A DNA stretch of 64,000 nucleotides from an uncultured Actinomycetes bacterium (GTDB lineage Bacteria; Actinomycetota; Coriobacteriia; Coriobacteriales; Atopobiaceae), in assembly GCA_900318935.1 (NCBI GenBank), contig ONMP01000003.1, positions 18,358-82,357 of the forward strand, given 5' to 3'. The number at the start of each line of letters is the position of its first letter. The first letter of the stretch is position 1. The notes below the pieces were generated by a model. The model saw only the letters and a program-made list of their open reading frames with translations. It searched no databases and was not told the DNA's origin. This document shows positions 19,247 through 29,897 of this stretch, in pieces. Made by a program: the position numbers and the translations under genes.

Positions 19247-19758
19247 CATGAGTGAGTCACGCGAGCAACGTCTGCCAGTGCTTGCCGTACCTCTTCCTCG
19301 TGCAGGAAGAGCGTGCAGCCGCCGGTGTGCTCGGACGCATGTGCCCCCTCGATGGCCTGCACGCGATCAAAGAAGCTCGAGCGTAGGGCTCCCTTAAGGC
19401 CCACGTCGCGCACATTCGCTACGCTGAAGGGACTGAATGGGCACGGTTCGGCCGCGCCGTCCTGCGCGATGTGAAAGAAGCCTCGTCCCGCGGCCAGGCA
19501 TCCGCCCATGAACTCCTCGCTGCCGGGGAAGGCGACCATCATCGTGCCGCGATAGGCATCATCAGCATGCATGGTGGCGATGCGAACGCCACCGTCCAGA
19601 TACGCTGCGAGATCCATGCCTGCTCCTGATAGCCGATTGAGAACGACAGAGTTTGCCCTTCGCGCCGCTATCTTTCCTGCGGTGCGGATGGAACTACCCT
19701 TATCGGATATTCTACAGGCTAATAAGCCGCCAATTCTTGTGAACGGAATGCACCACAA
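19243..19758 (-). pseudogene. C-terminal remnant of a radical-SAM/SPASM-like protein
   Basis: GGCLAAGRGFFHIAQDGAAEPCPFSPFS...HTGGCTLF resembles the auxiliary-cluster C-terminus of radical SAM enzymes. No CxxxCxxC core is present, and there is no room for one before degV at 19846. Confidence 0.35.
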
Positions 19759-19845
19759 ACAAGGGGTGGTGGGGCAAATCCATATTTACAGCAGCCAGAG
19801 CGCTAGAATGGATGTAAGAGCACTTGTCATAAGAGGAGACGCACC

Positions 19846-20730
19846 ATGTCAGATTACCTTATCGCTACCGCATCGACATCCGACCTGCCGCGCACATGGC
19901 TCGACGAGCACCACGTTCCGTTCATCTCATACAGCTACACGGTCGGTGACAAATCCTTCGAAGATGACTGCAGGGAGGAGAGTCGTGAAGCCGTGTACGC
20001 CGGTATGCGGAAGGGCGACCTTCTGAAGACGTCCATGATTGGCGAGTTTGCCTATGTCGAGTTCTTCCGTGGTTTGATGGAGTCCGGCAAGGACGTCGTC
20101 TTCCTCGACATGTCGCAAAAGATGTCCTCCTCATACGGGAACTCCCTCTTGGCGGCGGAGCAGGTTCGCGGAGAGTTTCCTTCGCAGGAACTCTACGTTA
20201 TGGATACCCGCTGCATATCGGGTGGACTTGGCACGCTGGTCTTGGAGATGGTGCGACGCAAAGAGGCGGGGATGGGTTTCCGGGAGGTCATCGATTGGGG
20301 CGAGGAAAACAAGCTGAAGGTTGCGCACCGCTTTACCGTAGATGACCTGAACTACCTGAAGGCGGGAGGCCGCGTGTCGAATGCGGCGGCGCTCATGGGG
20401 ACCATGCTCAACATCAAGCCCGTGCTCTATGTGCCTGATATTGGCACGCTCGAGGTCGTGAGGAAGGTTCGTGGGCGCAAGGCATCACTCAGGGCGATAC
20501 GGGACGGCATCCTCAGCGACCTGTCGAAGATTGATGCCACGGGCGTGGAGATACACATTCTGCACGTCGACTGCCGTGCGGATGCTGAATTCGTGCGTGA
20601 CGAGCTGTTGCGGGCCTATCCGCAGCTGGGAAGAGTCACCGTCAGCAACCTCGGGGTGGTTATCGGGGCCCACTGTGGGCCTGGCCTGATCGCGGTGTTC
20701 TACCTCTGTGGTGGCCGTAACCCGGAATAG
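19846..20730 (+). CDS. DegV-family fatty-acid-binding protein
   Basis: SD gaggag. It starts with a typical DegV N-terminus (IATASTSDLP) and is 294 aa long. Confidence 0.85.
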   Translation: MSDYLIATASTSDLPRTWLDEHHVPFISYSYTVGDKSFEDDCREESREAVYAGMRKGDLLKTSMIGEFAYVEFFRGLMESGKDVVFLDMSQKMSSSYGNSLLAAEQVRGEFPSQELYVMDTRCISGGLGTLVLEMVRRKEAGMGFREVIDWGEENKLKVAHRFTVDDLNYLKAGGRVSNAAALMGTMLNIKPVLYVPDIGTLEVVRKVRGRKASLRAIRDGILSDLSKIDATGVEIHILHVDCRADAEFVRDELLRAYPQLGRVTVSNLGVVIGAHCGPGLIAVFYLCGGRNPE

Positions 20731-20778
20731 CTGCCTGAGCTGCGAGTTTGTTTGCCGCGGCCATGTCGCAAGCAGCGC

Positions 20779-21867
20779 TTAGTCGTGGAACTTCTGACGG
20801 ATGGCGTTGATGTCCTCGTAGCGCCTCTGGAACGCCTCGACGACGGCGGGGTCGAACTGGGTTCCCGAACAGCGTACGATCTCGTCGTAGGCCTCTCGGT
20901 CGTCCCAGGCGTCCTTGTAGGAGCGCCTGCTGGTGAGGGCGTCGTATACGTCTGCCACAGCGACGATGCGTCCCTCGAGACTGATTTTTTCGCCCGCCTT
21001 GCCCTCGTTGTAGCCTTTCCCGTCCCAGCGTTCGTGATGGTCGACTGCGATTTTGCGCGAGAGGACCATGACCTCGCCCTCTACGTTGTCGAGCAGCTGC
21101 CCACCGTAGGCGGAGTGCATCTTGATGGTGGCGAACTCCTCGTCGGTGAGGCGACCGGGCTTGTCAAGAATCTCTGATGGAATCAGGAGCTTGCCCACGT
21201 CGTGCATCGTGGAAGCGAGTCGAATCTCCTCAACGCGGTCGGGCTCGATACCCATCTCCTCGGCGATGACGCGCGAGTATTCCGAGACGCGCTTGATGTG
21301 CTGTCCGGTCTGGCCGCTTTTGTTTTCGGTGATTTCTGCGAATTGGACGACGAGCTCTTCTTGGATGCGGTTGGTCTCGTCTGCCTTTTCTTGCAGGTAC
21401 GCGCCGTATTCGATGATGTAGGAGATGAGATTCGTGACCAAAAAGAGGCTAACCGCGACGATGACGTTCCACAGGATGAGGGGGATGGTCAGCCAACGCA
21501 GATGATGCAGGCTTTTCGCGATGTCCGATCGGAAAAGCAATCCCCCCTTCGAAATGTCTACGAGGTAGTGCTTGGCAATGCTCACGATGGCAAAGAGAAA
21601 CACGTGCGTGATACCGAAAGTCAACGCTTTGACAGCGAGTCTGTTGCCTGCGAGGAGGGACATGAGCAAATCGTCGCGCACAAGAATCTCAAAGATGCCG
21701 TTGTTGGTCGCCTCGGACAAGAATCGTGTGGGCACGGGTGCCCCAAGGACACACAGCGCCGAAGATACCAGCCCAAAAACGGCGCCAAACCCGACGACAA
21801 CCTGTGCCACCGTGCACGCTATTACGAGCCATCGACCCGTTCTCTGTATGTTAACTAGCACGTCCAT
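20779..21867 (-). CDS. Membrane-bound HD-GYP domain c-di-GMP phosphodiesterase
   Basis: It has an N-terminal TM region. The HD-GYP motifs are HIKRVSEY, MHDVGKLLIP and HHERWDGKGYNEG. Confidence 0.85.
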   Translation of the reverse strand: MDVLVNIQRTGRWLVIACTVAQVVVGFGAVFGLVSSALCVLGAPVPTRFLSEATNNGIFEILVRDDLLMSLLAGNRLAVKALTFGITHVFLFAIVSIAKHYLVDISKGGLLFRSDIAKSLHHLRWLTIPLILWNVIVAVSLFLVTNLISYIIEYGAYLQEKADETNRIQEELVVQFAEITENKSGQTGQHIKRVSEYSRVIAEEMGIEPDRVEEIRLASTMHDVGKLLIPSEILDKPGRLTDEEFATIKMHSAYGGQLLDNVEGEVMVLSRKIAVDHHERWDGKGYNEGKAGEKISLEGRIVAVADVYDALTSRRSYKDAWDDREAYDEIVRCSGTQFDPAVVEAFQRRYEDINAIRQKFHD

Positions 21868-21925
21868 GATGCTCTCCCTTTCGTGTGAGTTGGTGGCACA
21901 GGAGGGGTGTGGCGCCGGGCTCGCG

Positions 21926-23050
21926 TCAGTTCGTTGCCTTGCGTTCGGATGCGATCAGCAGCTTCACGATCGTCTTTGTAAGCGCGTAGGTGCCGGGTGT
22001 CTTGCTCTCGCGTGGGCCAGCGACGTTAAGGGTGATGCCGCGCCCAAGCGTGGAAACCCATGTGCGCACGGCACCTAGCTCCCCGATGCTGCGGATCACG
22101 AGGCAAGGGCGATCGTATTCCTCGGCGAAGCGCGCGGTCATCTCCGTGCCGCTGCACGGTTCGAGGCCGGCGGGCGCGACGATGAGCGTGGCGTGGGAGT
22201 CGCGCACGTTCCAGGCCGTGCGCTCGACATAGCCTTTGCTGACGCCCTCCTTGAGTTCGGGATACTGGGCAAGAAGCCCCGGCGCCTGCGGCATGTCCTC
22301 GGCCAGTCCTCCCGGTGGGCACCAACCGCAGATGGGGACGCCCATCTCGCGTGCCGCATCCAGCGCACCGCGGTCGGCACCGGTCTGGCCGCCAGAGCGT
22401 ATGTAGGAGATGCGCGGTACCGATGACGCGATGGCATCTGCCTCTCCTTGCTGCGCCTGCACGTAGATCGCGTCCACGGGGTCGGCGTGCGTGAGGATCT
22501 CCCACTCGTCGCGCGTGATCCAGTTCACGTCCTCGGTCTTGTAGTCGCCCACCAGCTTGCGCGGGCGATCCTTGATGGACCGCTGCCGGCTGAAGCCCGT
22601 CTTTTCCTGTACCCGTCTGCTCTGGTCGTTGTCATCCGCATGCCCTGCCCAGATAGCCTCCAGCCCGAGGTCGCAAAAGCCATGGCGCATGACCTCGCGA
22701 ACGGCCTCGGGCATGTATCCCTTGCCCCACAGGGGCTTGCCGATCCAAAATCCCAGCTCCGCTTGGTTGCTGCCGATGGCGAGGTCGGAAGCCTCGCCGA
22801 CCTTGAGTCCGATGGCACCCACCGGTGCGTCGGGGTCATCGGCGTCGCGCAGGGTGATGGCGAAGGTCTCGGGCACGGCGAGCACGTCGCGGATGGCCTG
22901 CACGCTCTCCTTGAGGCTCTGATGAGCGGGCCATCCCGCACGTGGGCCAATGTCGGGGTCTGCGGCATACGTATAGAGCGCTTCGGCATCGGACTCGCGC
23001 CAAGGGCGCAGGACAAGGCGCTCGGTTTGGAGGGTGATGGGCCAGGTCAT
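21926..23050 (-). CDS. Fusion of a RimJ/RimL-type GNAT acetyltransferase and a YpsA/'molybdenum-carrier'-like SLOG domain
   Basis: ATG at 23050 follows gaggag. The N-half has LQTERLVLRPWRESDAEALY...GFWIGKPLWGKGY. The C-half has IRSGGQTGADRGALDAAREMGVPICGWCPPGGLAED...RTAWNVRDSHATLIV. Confidence 0.7.
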   Translation of the reverse strand: MTWPITLQTERLVLRPWRESDAEALYTYAADPDIGPRAGWPAHQSLKESVQAIRDVLAVPETFAITLRDADDPDAPVGAIGLKVGEASDLAIGSNQAELGFWIGKPLWGKGYMPEAVREVMRHGFCDLGLEAIWAGHADDNDQSRRVQEKTGFSRQRSIKDRPRKLVGDYKTEDVNWITRDEWEILTHADPVDAIYVQAQQGEADAIASSVPRISYIRSGGQTGADRGALDAAREMGVPICGWCPPGGLAEDMPQAPGLLAQYPELKEGVSKGYVERTAWNVRDSHATLIVAPAGLEPCSGTEMTARFAEEYDRPCLVIRSIGELGAVRTWVSTLGRGITLNVAGPRESKTPGTYALTKTIVKLLIASERKATN

Positions 23051-23117
23051 GGAATCTCCTCGCACGGTTTTTTAGCATCGATACTAGTATACTCATATAC
23101 TCTTGAGACGCACCTCA

Positions 23118-23161
23118 GCCTAGGTCTTCGCCGTTCGTGGCGATGACGCGCTGGTACCAGT
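23118..23161 (-). repeat. Orphan copy of the last ~14 codons of the GH1 gene ([14 protein letters not shown])
   Basis: 41/44 nt are identical to 24843..24886, including 38/40 over the core 23122..23161. It is not attached to any GH1 body. Confidence 0.8.
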
Positions 23162-23166
23162 CCCAC

Positions 23167-24636
23167 TCAAAGCTCCAGCCAGTCTCCAACGGTCACTTCT
23201 CCGACAATGACAGAGTTGGAGTGTGCATTGTGGCCGGCTCCGTCGAGCGTGATCAGTGTAGGGTGAATCGCCTTCCTCGTTCCACTCTCCGCCCTGAACG
23301 CGGCCATCTTGTTGCGGATGGAGCGCTCGTCGGTGGCCGTGAGCGCATACGGGCCGTCCGAGTACTTCATCTCGCAGAGGTTGACAACGTCATCGCGGCG
23401 GTCGATGAGCAGGTCTATTTGGGCTGCGGGTTTGGTCTCCTTGCTCCTCCACGCCGACACGCTCGTTTGCACGCCGGATACTCCAAGCGCCTGCTTTATT
23501 TCGTCGATGTGCAGCAGGCACACCAGCTCGAAGGAGAGGCCGGCCCACGCGTAGTAGCCCGGTGTCCCCACAAAGCCCATCCATCCGTCTATCTGCCCAC
23601 GGTCAACGTGGGTGAGCCAGAAGAGCGTGAAGGGATCGATGAGCTGGAATATCGTGCCTTTTTTCCGCTTGGTGAAGTCTCTAAAGCCACGGATGAACCC
23701 GCATTGCTCGAGCTTCCTGAGGGTCTTCGTGAGCGAGTTGCCCCCGAGTCTCGTCGAAGAGGACAGCTCGCTTCTGGTCATGCCACCCCTCCTCGCCGCA
23801 AGGCGCCTCACAACCCTCTCGTATGGCTCCGGATTTCGGAACAGCGTGGCGAACAGCCTGTCGAACTCCATGACCAGTTGTCCGCCCCTCCGGAAGAGCA
23901 GAGCCTCAACGTTCTGGGCGAGACTCAGCCCTTGCTCTTGGAGCGAGAGGTAGTAGGGTATGCCGCCGAACACCATGTGGCTCTCGACGACCTGGCGGCA
24001 TGAGTACTCGACCCCGCTCCAAACGTAGTACTCCTGGCATTCCGCCAGCGTGAAAGGCTGCAGGTCGATGACGCGCGTGACGCGGTCGTAGAGTCCTTCC
24101 GTGCTTTCCAACAAGTTGTCGACGAGCCACGAAGTGGCAGATCCGCAGACAATGAAAACGAGGTCCTCTTGCGTGCAGCCCCACCCATTCCAGAAGTATT
24201 CAATGGCTGTCTTGAATCCAGAGCGGGGTGTGTCGAGCCAGGGCATCTCGTCGATGAAGACGATGCGTCTGCCCGTCTCCTCGAAACGCACTACGTCATC
24301 GCCTTCCAGGAGCTCCCTGAGACGAGCGAACGCCTCAAGCCAAGTCTTGGGCCTCCCAGTATGTACGGAGCCGTACTCACTCAGCCTGTCGCCGAAGGCG
24401 GTGAGTTGCTCCGCCATCGAGCCCTTGGCGAGTCCTGACGCACGGAACGAGAATCGATTGCCGAAGTGTTCGCCGATTAGATAAGTCTTTCCGACGCGAC
24501 GTCTGCCGTAGACTACCACGAACTCCGGCCTACCGCTCTGCACGATTGCGTCGAGCCTCTTCCGCTCCTCGCGGCGTCCGATAATCCTCACGCTGCCTCC
24601 TAGCGCATACTTGACTAAATCATCTGAATTGAACAT
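23167..24636 (-). CDS. P-loop ATPase (Arch_ATPase/AAA type) with a DUF234-like PD-(D/E)xK C-terminal domain
   Basis: Met at 24636. Walker A is YGRRRVGKTY and Walker B is IVFIDEMPW. The C-terminus reads QIDLLIDRRDDVVNLCEMKYS. Confidence 0.8.
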   Translation of the reverse strand: MFNSDDLVKYALGGSVRIIGRREERKRLDAIVQSGRPEFVVVYGRRRVGKTYLIGEHFGNRFSFRASGLAKGSMAEQLTAFGDRLSEYGSVHTGRPKTWLEAFARLRELLEGDDVVRFEETGRRIVFIDEMPWLDTPRSGFKTAIEYFWNGWGCTQEDLVFIVCGSATSWLVDNLLESTEGLYDRVTRVIDLQPFTLAECQEYYVWSGVEYSCRQVVESHMVFGGIPYYLSLQEQGLSLAQNVEALLFRRGGQLVMEFDRLFATLFRNPEPYERVVRRLAARRGGMTRSELSSSTRLGGNSLTKTLRKLEQCGFIRGFRDFTKRKKGTIFQLIDPFTLFWLTHVDRGQIDGWMGFVGTPGYYAWAGLSFELVCLLHIDEIKQALGVSGVQTSVSAWRSKETKPAAQIDLLIDRRDDVVNLCEMKYSDGPYALTATDERSIRNKMAAFRAESGTRKAIHPTLITLDGAGHNAHSNSVIVGEVTVGDWLEL

Positions 24637-24833
24637 GTTTTGGTCAAGTATAGTGTCTCTCAACACGTGCAGCAAGGTGTTTGGAAGGTCGCAGGGTGAG
24701 GAGGCGTACGCAGACGCAAGTGCAACCCAAACGCCGCACGAGGGCGTGAGACCCCACAACCCCACCAAGACGAGCACGGGGCTCGGAGGCATTTGCGCGC
24801 CTCTGGGCCCAAGAGAAGGACTGTCTCGTAATC

Positions 24834-26743
<1,910 letters not shown>

Positions 26744-26894
26744 CATGTAGCCAAGCTTGTTCCTTGATGTCGTTGCACGAATGATGTGCGCCATTGGGAG
26801 AAAGACCCCTGTACATGCGATGTAACCAATTGGTAACCTAATCGTTATGGATGGTGCGCGGACGAGGATTCCGCGTCAAGCGAAAGGGGGAGCT

Positions 26895-28391
26895 ATGATT
26901 ATCTCTAGGAGGCATTTCATGGAGGGTGGCGCCGTCGCCATGGCGGCACTGCTTGCGGGCTGCGGTGGCAGCGAGCAGGCCAGCGAGCCAGAGGCCACGA
27001 CCGACGCCACGACTGAAGAGGCAACCACCGAAGAGACCACGACCGAGTCAGCTGCTGGCGATGCCGTGCCCGCTGTCTTTGGTGCGACCATCACCGACGC
27101 TGGCCAGTACGTGGACAAGATGATGCTCGCCTTTAGCGGCGAGCCCTCGGGCATCGACAACGACACCTTCACCGTGCACATGACATCGACCGTGGACTAC
27201 GGCGAGGCCAAGGGCGAGCCCTACGCCTACTATGACGCTACCGCGCCGCTCGAGGTCGTGAAGACCGAGGTTAACGGCGGAGCCGCCACGATTTACTTCA
27301 AGCAGGATCAAGCCCCTACGCTCACATGGCTTGCCGAGGGCCGCAACTACCCCGCTGTCTTGGGCTTCACCGTGGAGCAGACCAAGGAGATTACCCTCAA
27401 GACACCTGACGGACGCGAGCTGCCCTTCACTGGCACCTATGACGCCTCCGGCATCACTTCATGGGAGCAGATTGGCGACCTCGAGGCCGAGAAGTTCGAG
27501 GACGTGCAGGACGAGATCAACTACCGCTTCTACAAGGGCTCCAACGACAAGCTCATCGTGTGGTTCCATGGCAATGGTGAGGGCGACTTCCCGACCAAGG
27601 ACACAAACAACAACATCGCGCAACTCCTCGCGAACCGCGGCGGCGTTGCGTGGGTCACCCCAGAGGCGCAGGCGGTCTTTGGTGACGCCTCCGTCATGGC
27701 GTTCCAGGCGCCGAACATGTGGTACTTCGCCGTTAAGGACAACCTGCTCGAACCCTGCTACAACGAGATCCAGAAGGTCATCAAGGACAACGGCATCAAT
27801 GCGGACGAGGTCTACGTCTCCGGGTGCTCGGCGGGTGGCTTCATGACCACGCGCATGATTATTGCTTATCCGGACCTCTTCAAGGCCGCGATGATCAACT
27901 GCCCGGCGCTCGATGCGGCCAACGCGCGCAGCGAAACCGACGACGCCTGCCCCACCGACGAAGAGCTCAAGTCGATCCTCGACTCAAAGACGGCCATCTG
28001 GCTGGTTCAGGGCGAGACCGACAGCTCGGTCGATCCTGAGCTGTGTGCCAAGCGCATCTGGGCCATCCTCACCGAAGGCAAGGATGATGTCACTGAGACC
28101 GCCATCGACGGCAGCGAGGGCATTGCGTCGAACTTCACGACCTACGAGACGGCTGACGGCAAGTACAAGATGAGCCTGTACGAGACGGTCGATCTTGCCG
28201 AGGTCGAGGGTATTTCAGGCGAGAAGCGCCAAGGTGGCAAGATCAAGTGTGCCGAGGACTACAACCAGGACAGCGAGCTCGAGGAAGTCAAGTACAACGA
28301 CCACTGGACGTGGGTCTATACGCTGAGGGACAACCCCGAGGACGCAAGTGGTACCCATATCTGGGAGTGGGCTGCCGCTGTGGCTGTGTAA
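26895..28391 (+). CDS. Tat-signal lipoprotein, alpha/beta-hydrolase (esterase-like)
   Basis: SD aaggggga. It has a twin-arginine motif (SRRHFM) and a lipobox (LLAGC). Hydrolase motifs are VWFHGNGEG and the nucleophile elbow GCSAGG. Confidence 0.7.
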   Translation: MIISRRHFMEGGAVAMAALLAGCGGSEQASEPEATTDATTEEATTEETTTESAAGDAVPAVFGATITDAGQYVDKMMLAFSGEPSGIDNDTFTVHMTSTVDYGEAKGEPYAYYDATAPLEVVKTEVNGGAATIYFKQDQAPTLTWLAEGRNYPAVLGFTVEQTKEITLKTPDGRELPFTGTYDASGITSWEQIGDLEAEKFEDVQDEINYRFYKGSNDKLIVWFHGNGEGDFPTKDTNNNIAQLLANRGGVAWVTPEAQAVFGDASVMAFQAPNMWYFAVKDNLLEPCYNEIQKVIKDNGINADEVYVSGCSAGGFMTTRMIIAYPDLFKAAMINCPALDAANARSETDDACPTDEELKSILDSKTAIWLVQGETDSSVDPELCAKRIWAILTEGKDDVTETAIDGSEGIASNFTTYETADGKYKMSLYETVDLAEVEGISGEKRQGGKIKCAEDYNQDSELEEVKYNDHWTWVYTLRDNPEDASGTHIWEWAAAVAV

Positions 28392-28559
28392 CGCTCGCTC
28401 TGGGCGGCGAGGGCCCCCCGAAGCTGCCTTCTAGCCGACAAGCGAAAGCTTGACAAGAGATCAAAGTGATATCACAATGGTCTCAACCGACTGACGCGTC
28501 GGCTTGAGGGCAGCGCCTCCATGGGGGAGGGCAGCCCCTCAGACAGGAAAGGAAGCACG

Positions 28560-29552
28560 ATGAGCGTCGAGAAGAAGGCCCATGCCGCAAGCGGTTGGGC
28601 AATGGTGTTCGTAGTTGTTGGCGGGTACCTGCTGAGCATCGGGGCGATGCTAGGCAGCATCATCATGCTGGCGGCGACGGATGGTGCCGCCGGGCTTCTC
28701 CTGCTTCTGGTCTCGTGCCTCTTGCTGACGGCGACCATCATCTGCAACTGCGGGTTCTTTACCCTGCAGCCGGGGCAGGCTCGCGTCTGCGTGCTCTTTG
28801 GCAAGTACGTGGGCACGGTCCGCGACGAGGGCCTGCGTTGGGCGAACCCTTTTTACACGCGCAACCTGGGCATGACGAGTGAGGAAGGCTCCTCCGTCAC
28901 AGCGGGAGACAAGGGCGTCGAACTCAAGCTTGGTGGCCACAAGCACGGGTCAAAGATTTCGACCCGAGCGCGCACCTACAACGGCGAGCGCATCAAGGTC
29001 AACGACAAGATGGGCAATCCCATCGAGATTGCGACCGTCGTGGTCTGGCGCGTTGTCGACACCGCAAAGGCCGTCTTTGACGTGGACGACTACGAGAGCT
29101 TCGTCTACACCGTCACCGAGACCGCGTTGCGCCACGTGGCGAGCATCTATGCGTACGACCATATGGAGGACGATGACGCCAACTCCAGCGCCATCACCCT
29201 CAGGACAAACATCGAGGAGGTCTCCGACGCGCTTCGCGAGGAGCTCGACCGGCGCCTGGAGGTTGCGGGCGTGGACGTCATCGATGCCCGCCTGACGCAT
29301 CTGGCCTATGCGCCGGAGATCGCCCAGGCCATGCTGCGCCGTCAGCAAGCAGAGGCCATCATTGCTGCGCGGAAAAAGATCGTGGAAGGCGCGGTCTCCA
29401 TGGTCGACATGGCCGTCGAACAGTTGGCGGCAGGTGGCAACATCGAGCTCGACGATGAGCGCAAAGCCGCCATGGCCACGAACCTCATGGTGGTACTCTG
29501 CGGCGAGAGCGAGGCGCAGCCCGTGCTCAACACCGGAACGCTCTACAACTAG
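28560..29552 (+). CDS. SPFH/Band-7 (stomatin/prohibitin-like) membrane protein
   Basis: N-terminal TM hairpin. The SPFH body reads [32 protein letters not shown]...[25 protein letters not shown]. Confidence 0.8.
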   Translation: MSVEKKAHAASGWAMVFVVVGGYLLSIGAMLGSIIMLAATDGAAGLLLLLVSCLLLTATIICNCGFFTLQPGQARVCVLFGKYVGTVRDEGLRWANPFYTRNLGMTSEEGSSVTAGDKGVELKLGGHKHGSKISTRARTYNGERIKVNDKMGNPIEIATVVVWRVVDTAKAVFDVDDYESFVYTVTETALRHVASIYAYDHMEDDDANSSAITLRTNIEEVSDALREELDRRLEVAGVDVIDARLTHLAYAPEIAQAMLRRQQAEAIIAARKKIVEGAVSMVDMAVEQLAAGGNIELDDERKAAMATNLMVVLCGESEAQPVLNTGTLYN

Positions 29553-29573
29553 CGTAAGGGCGAGGTGCCTGAC

Positions 29574-29738
29574 ATGGCGAGGCGCAAGCAATATCCGTTG
29601 CGCATAGACCCTGAGGTATGGGATGCCATCCAGAGATGGGCTGCCGACGAGATGCGCAGTGCAAACGGGCAGGTAGAGTGGATACTACGGGAGGCGCTCC
29701 GCCGTGCGGGGCGCCTGCCCCAGAAGCCCGAGAAATAG
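29574..29738 (+). CDS. Arc/MetJ-type ribbon-helix-helix small protein (54 aa)
   Basis: Not in the ORF track because it is under 60 aa. The sequence is MARRKQYPLRIDPEVWDAIQRWAADEMRSANGQVEWILREALRRAGRLPQKPEK. The gene starts 21 nt after the SPFH stop. Confidence 0.65.
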   Translation: MARRKQYPLRIDPEVWDAIQRWAADEMRSANGQVEWILREALRRAGRLPQKPEK

Positions 29739-29897
29739 CCGGCGCGCGAGCCGGTGCACGCGTGGGGCTTCCGCAAAGAGAGTGTCCGTGCTTCTACCGC
29801 GCTTCTATGTCGCCATCCCGTCGGTGGACTAAGCATTCTTGCCATAACCACGTTTAACCCCTAACATTGAAACATGTCGTGGTTAATGGAGGTTACT

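Noticed and set aside
19243-19758. Treating the 171-aa ORF as an intact radical SAM enzyme
   Set aside because: The CxxxCxxC core is absent, and only 88 nt remain before the divergent degV start. It is treated as a truncated remnant with low confidence.
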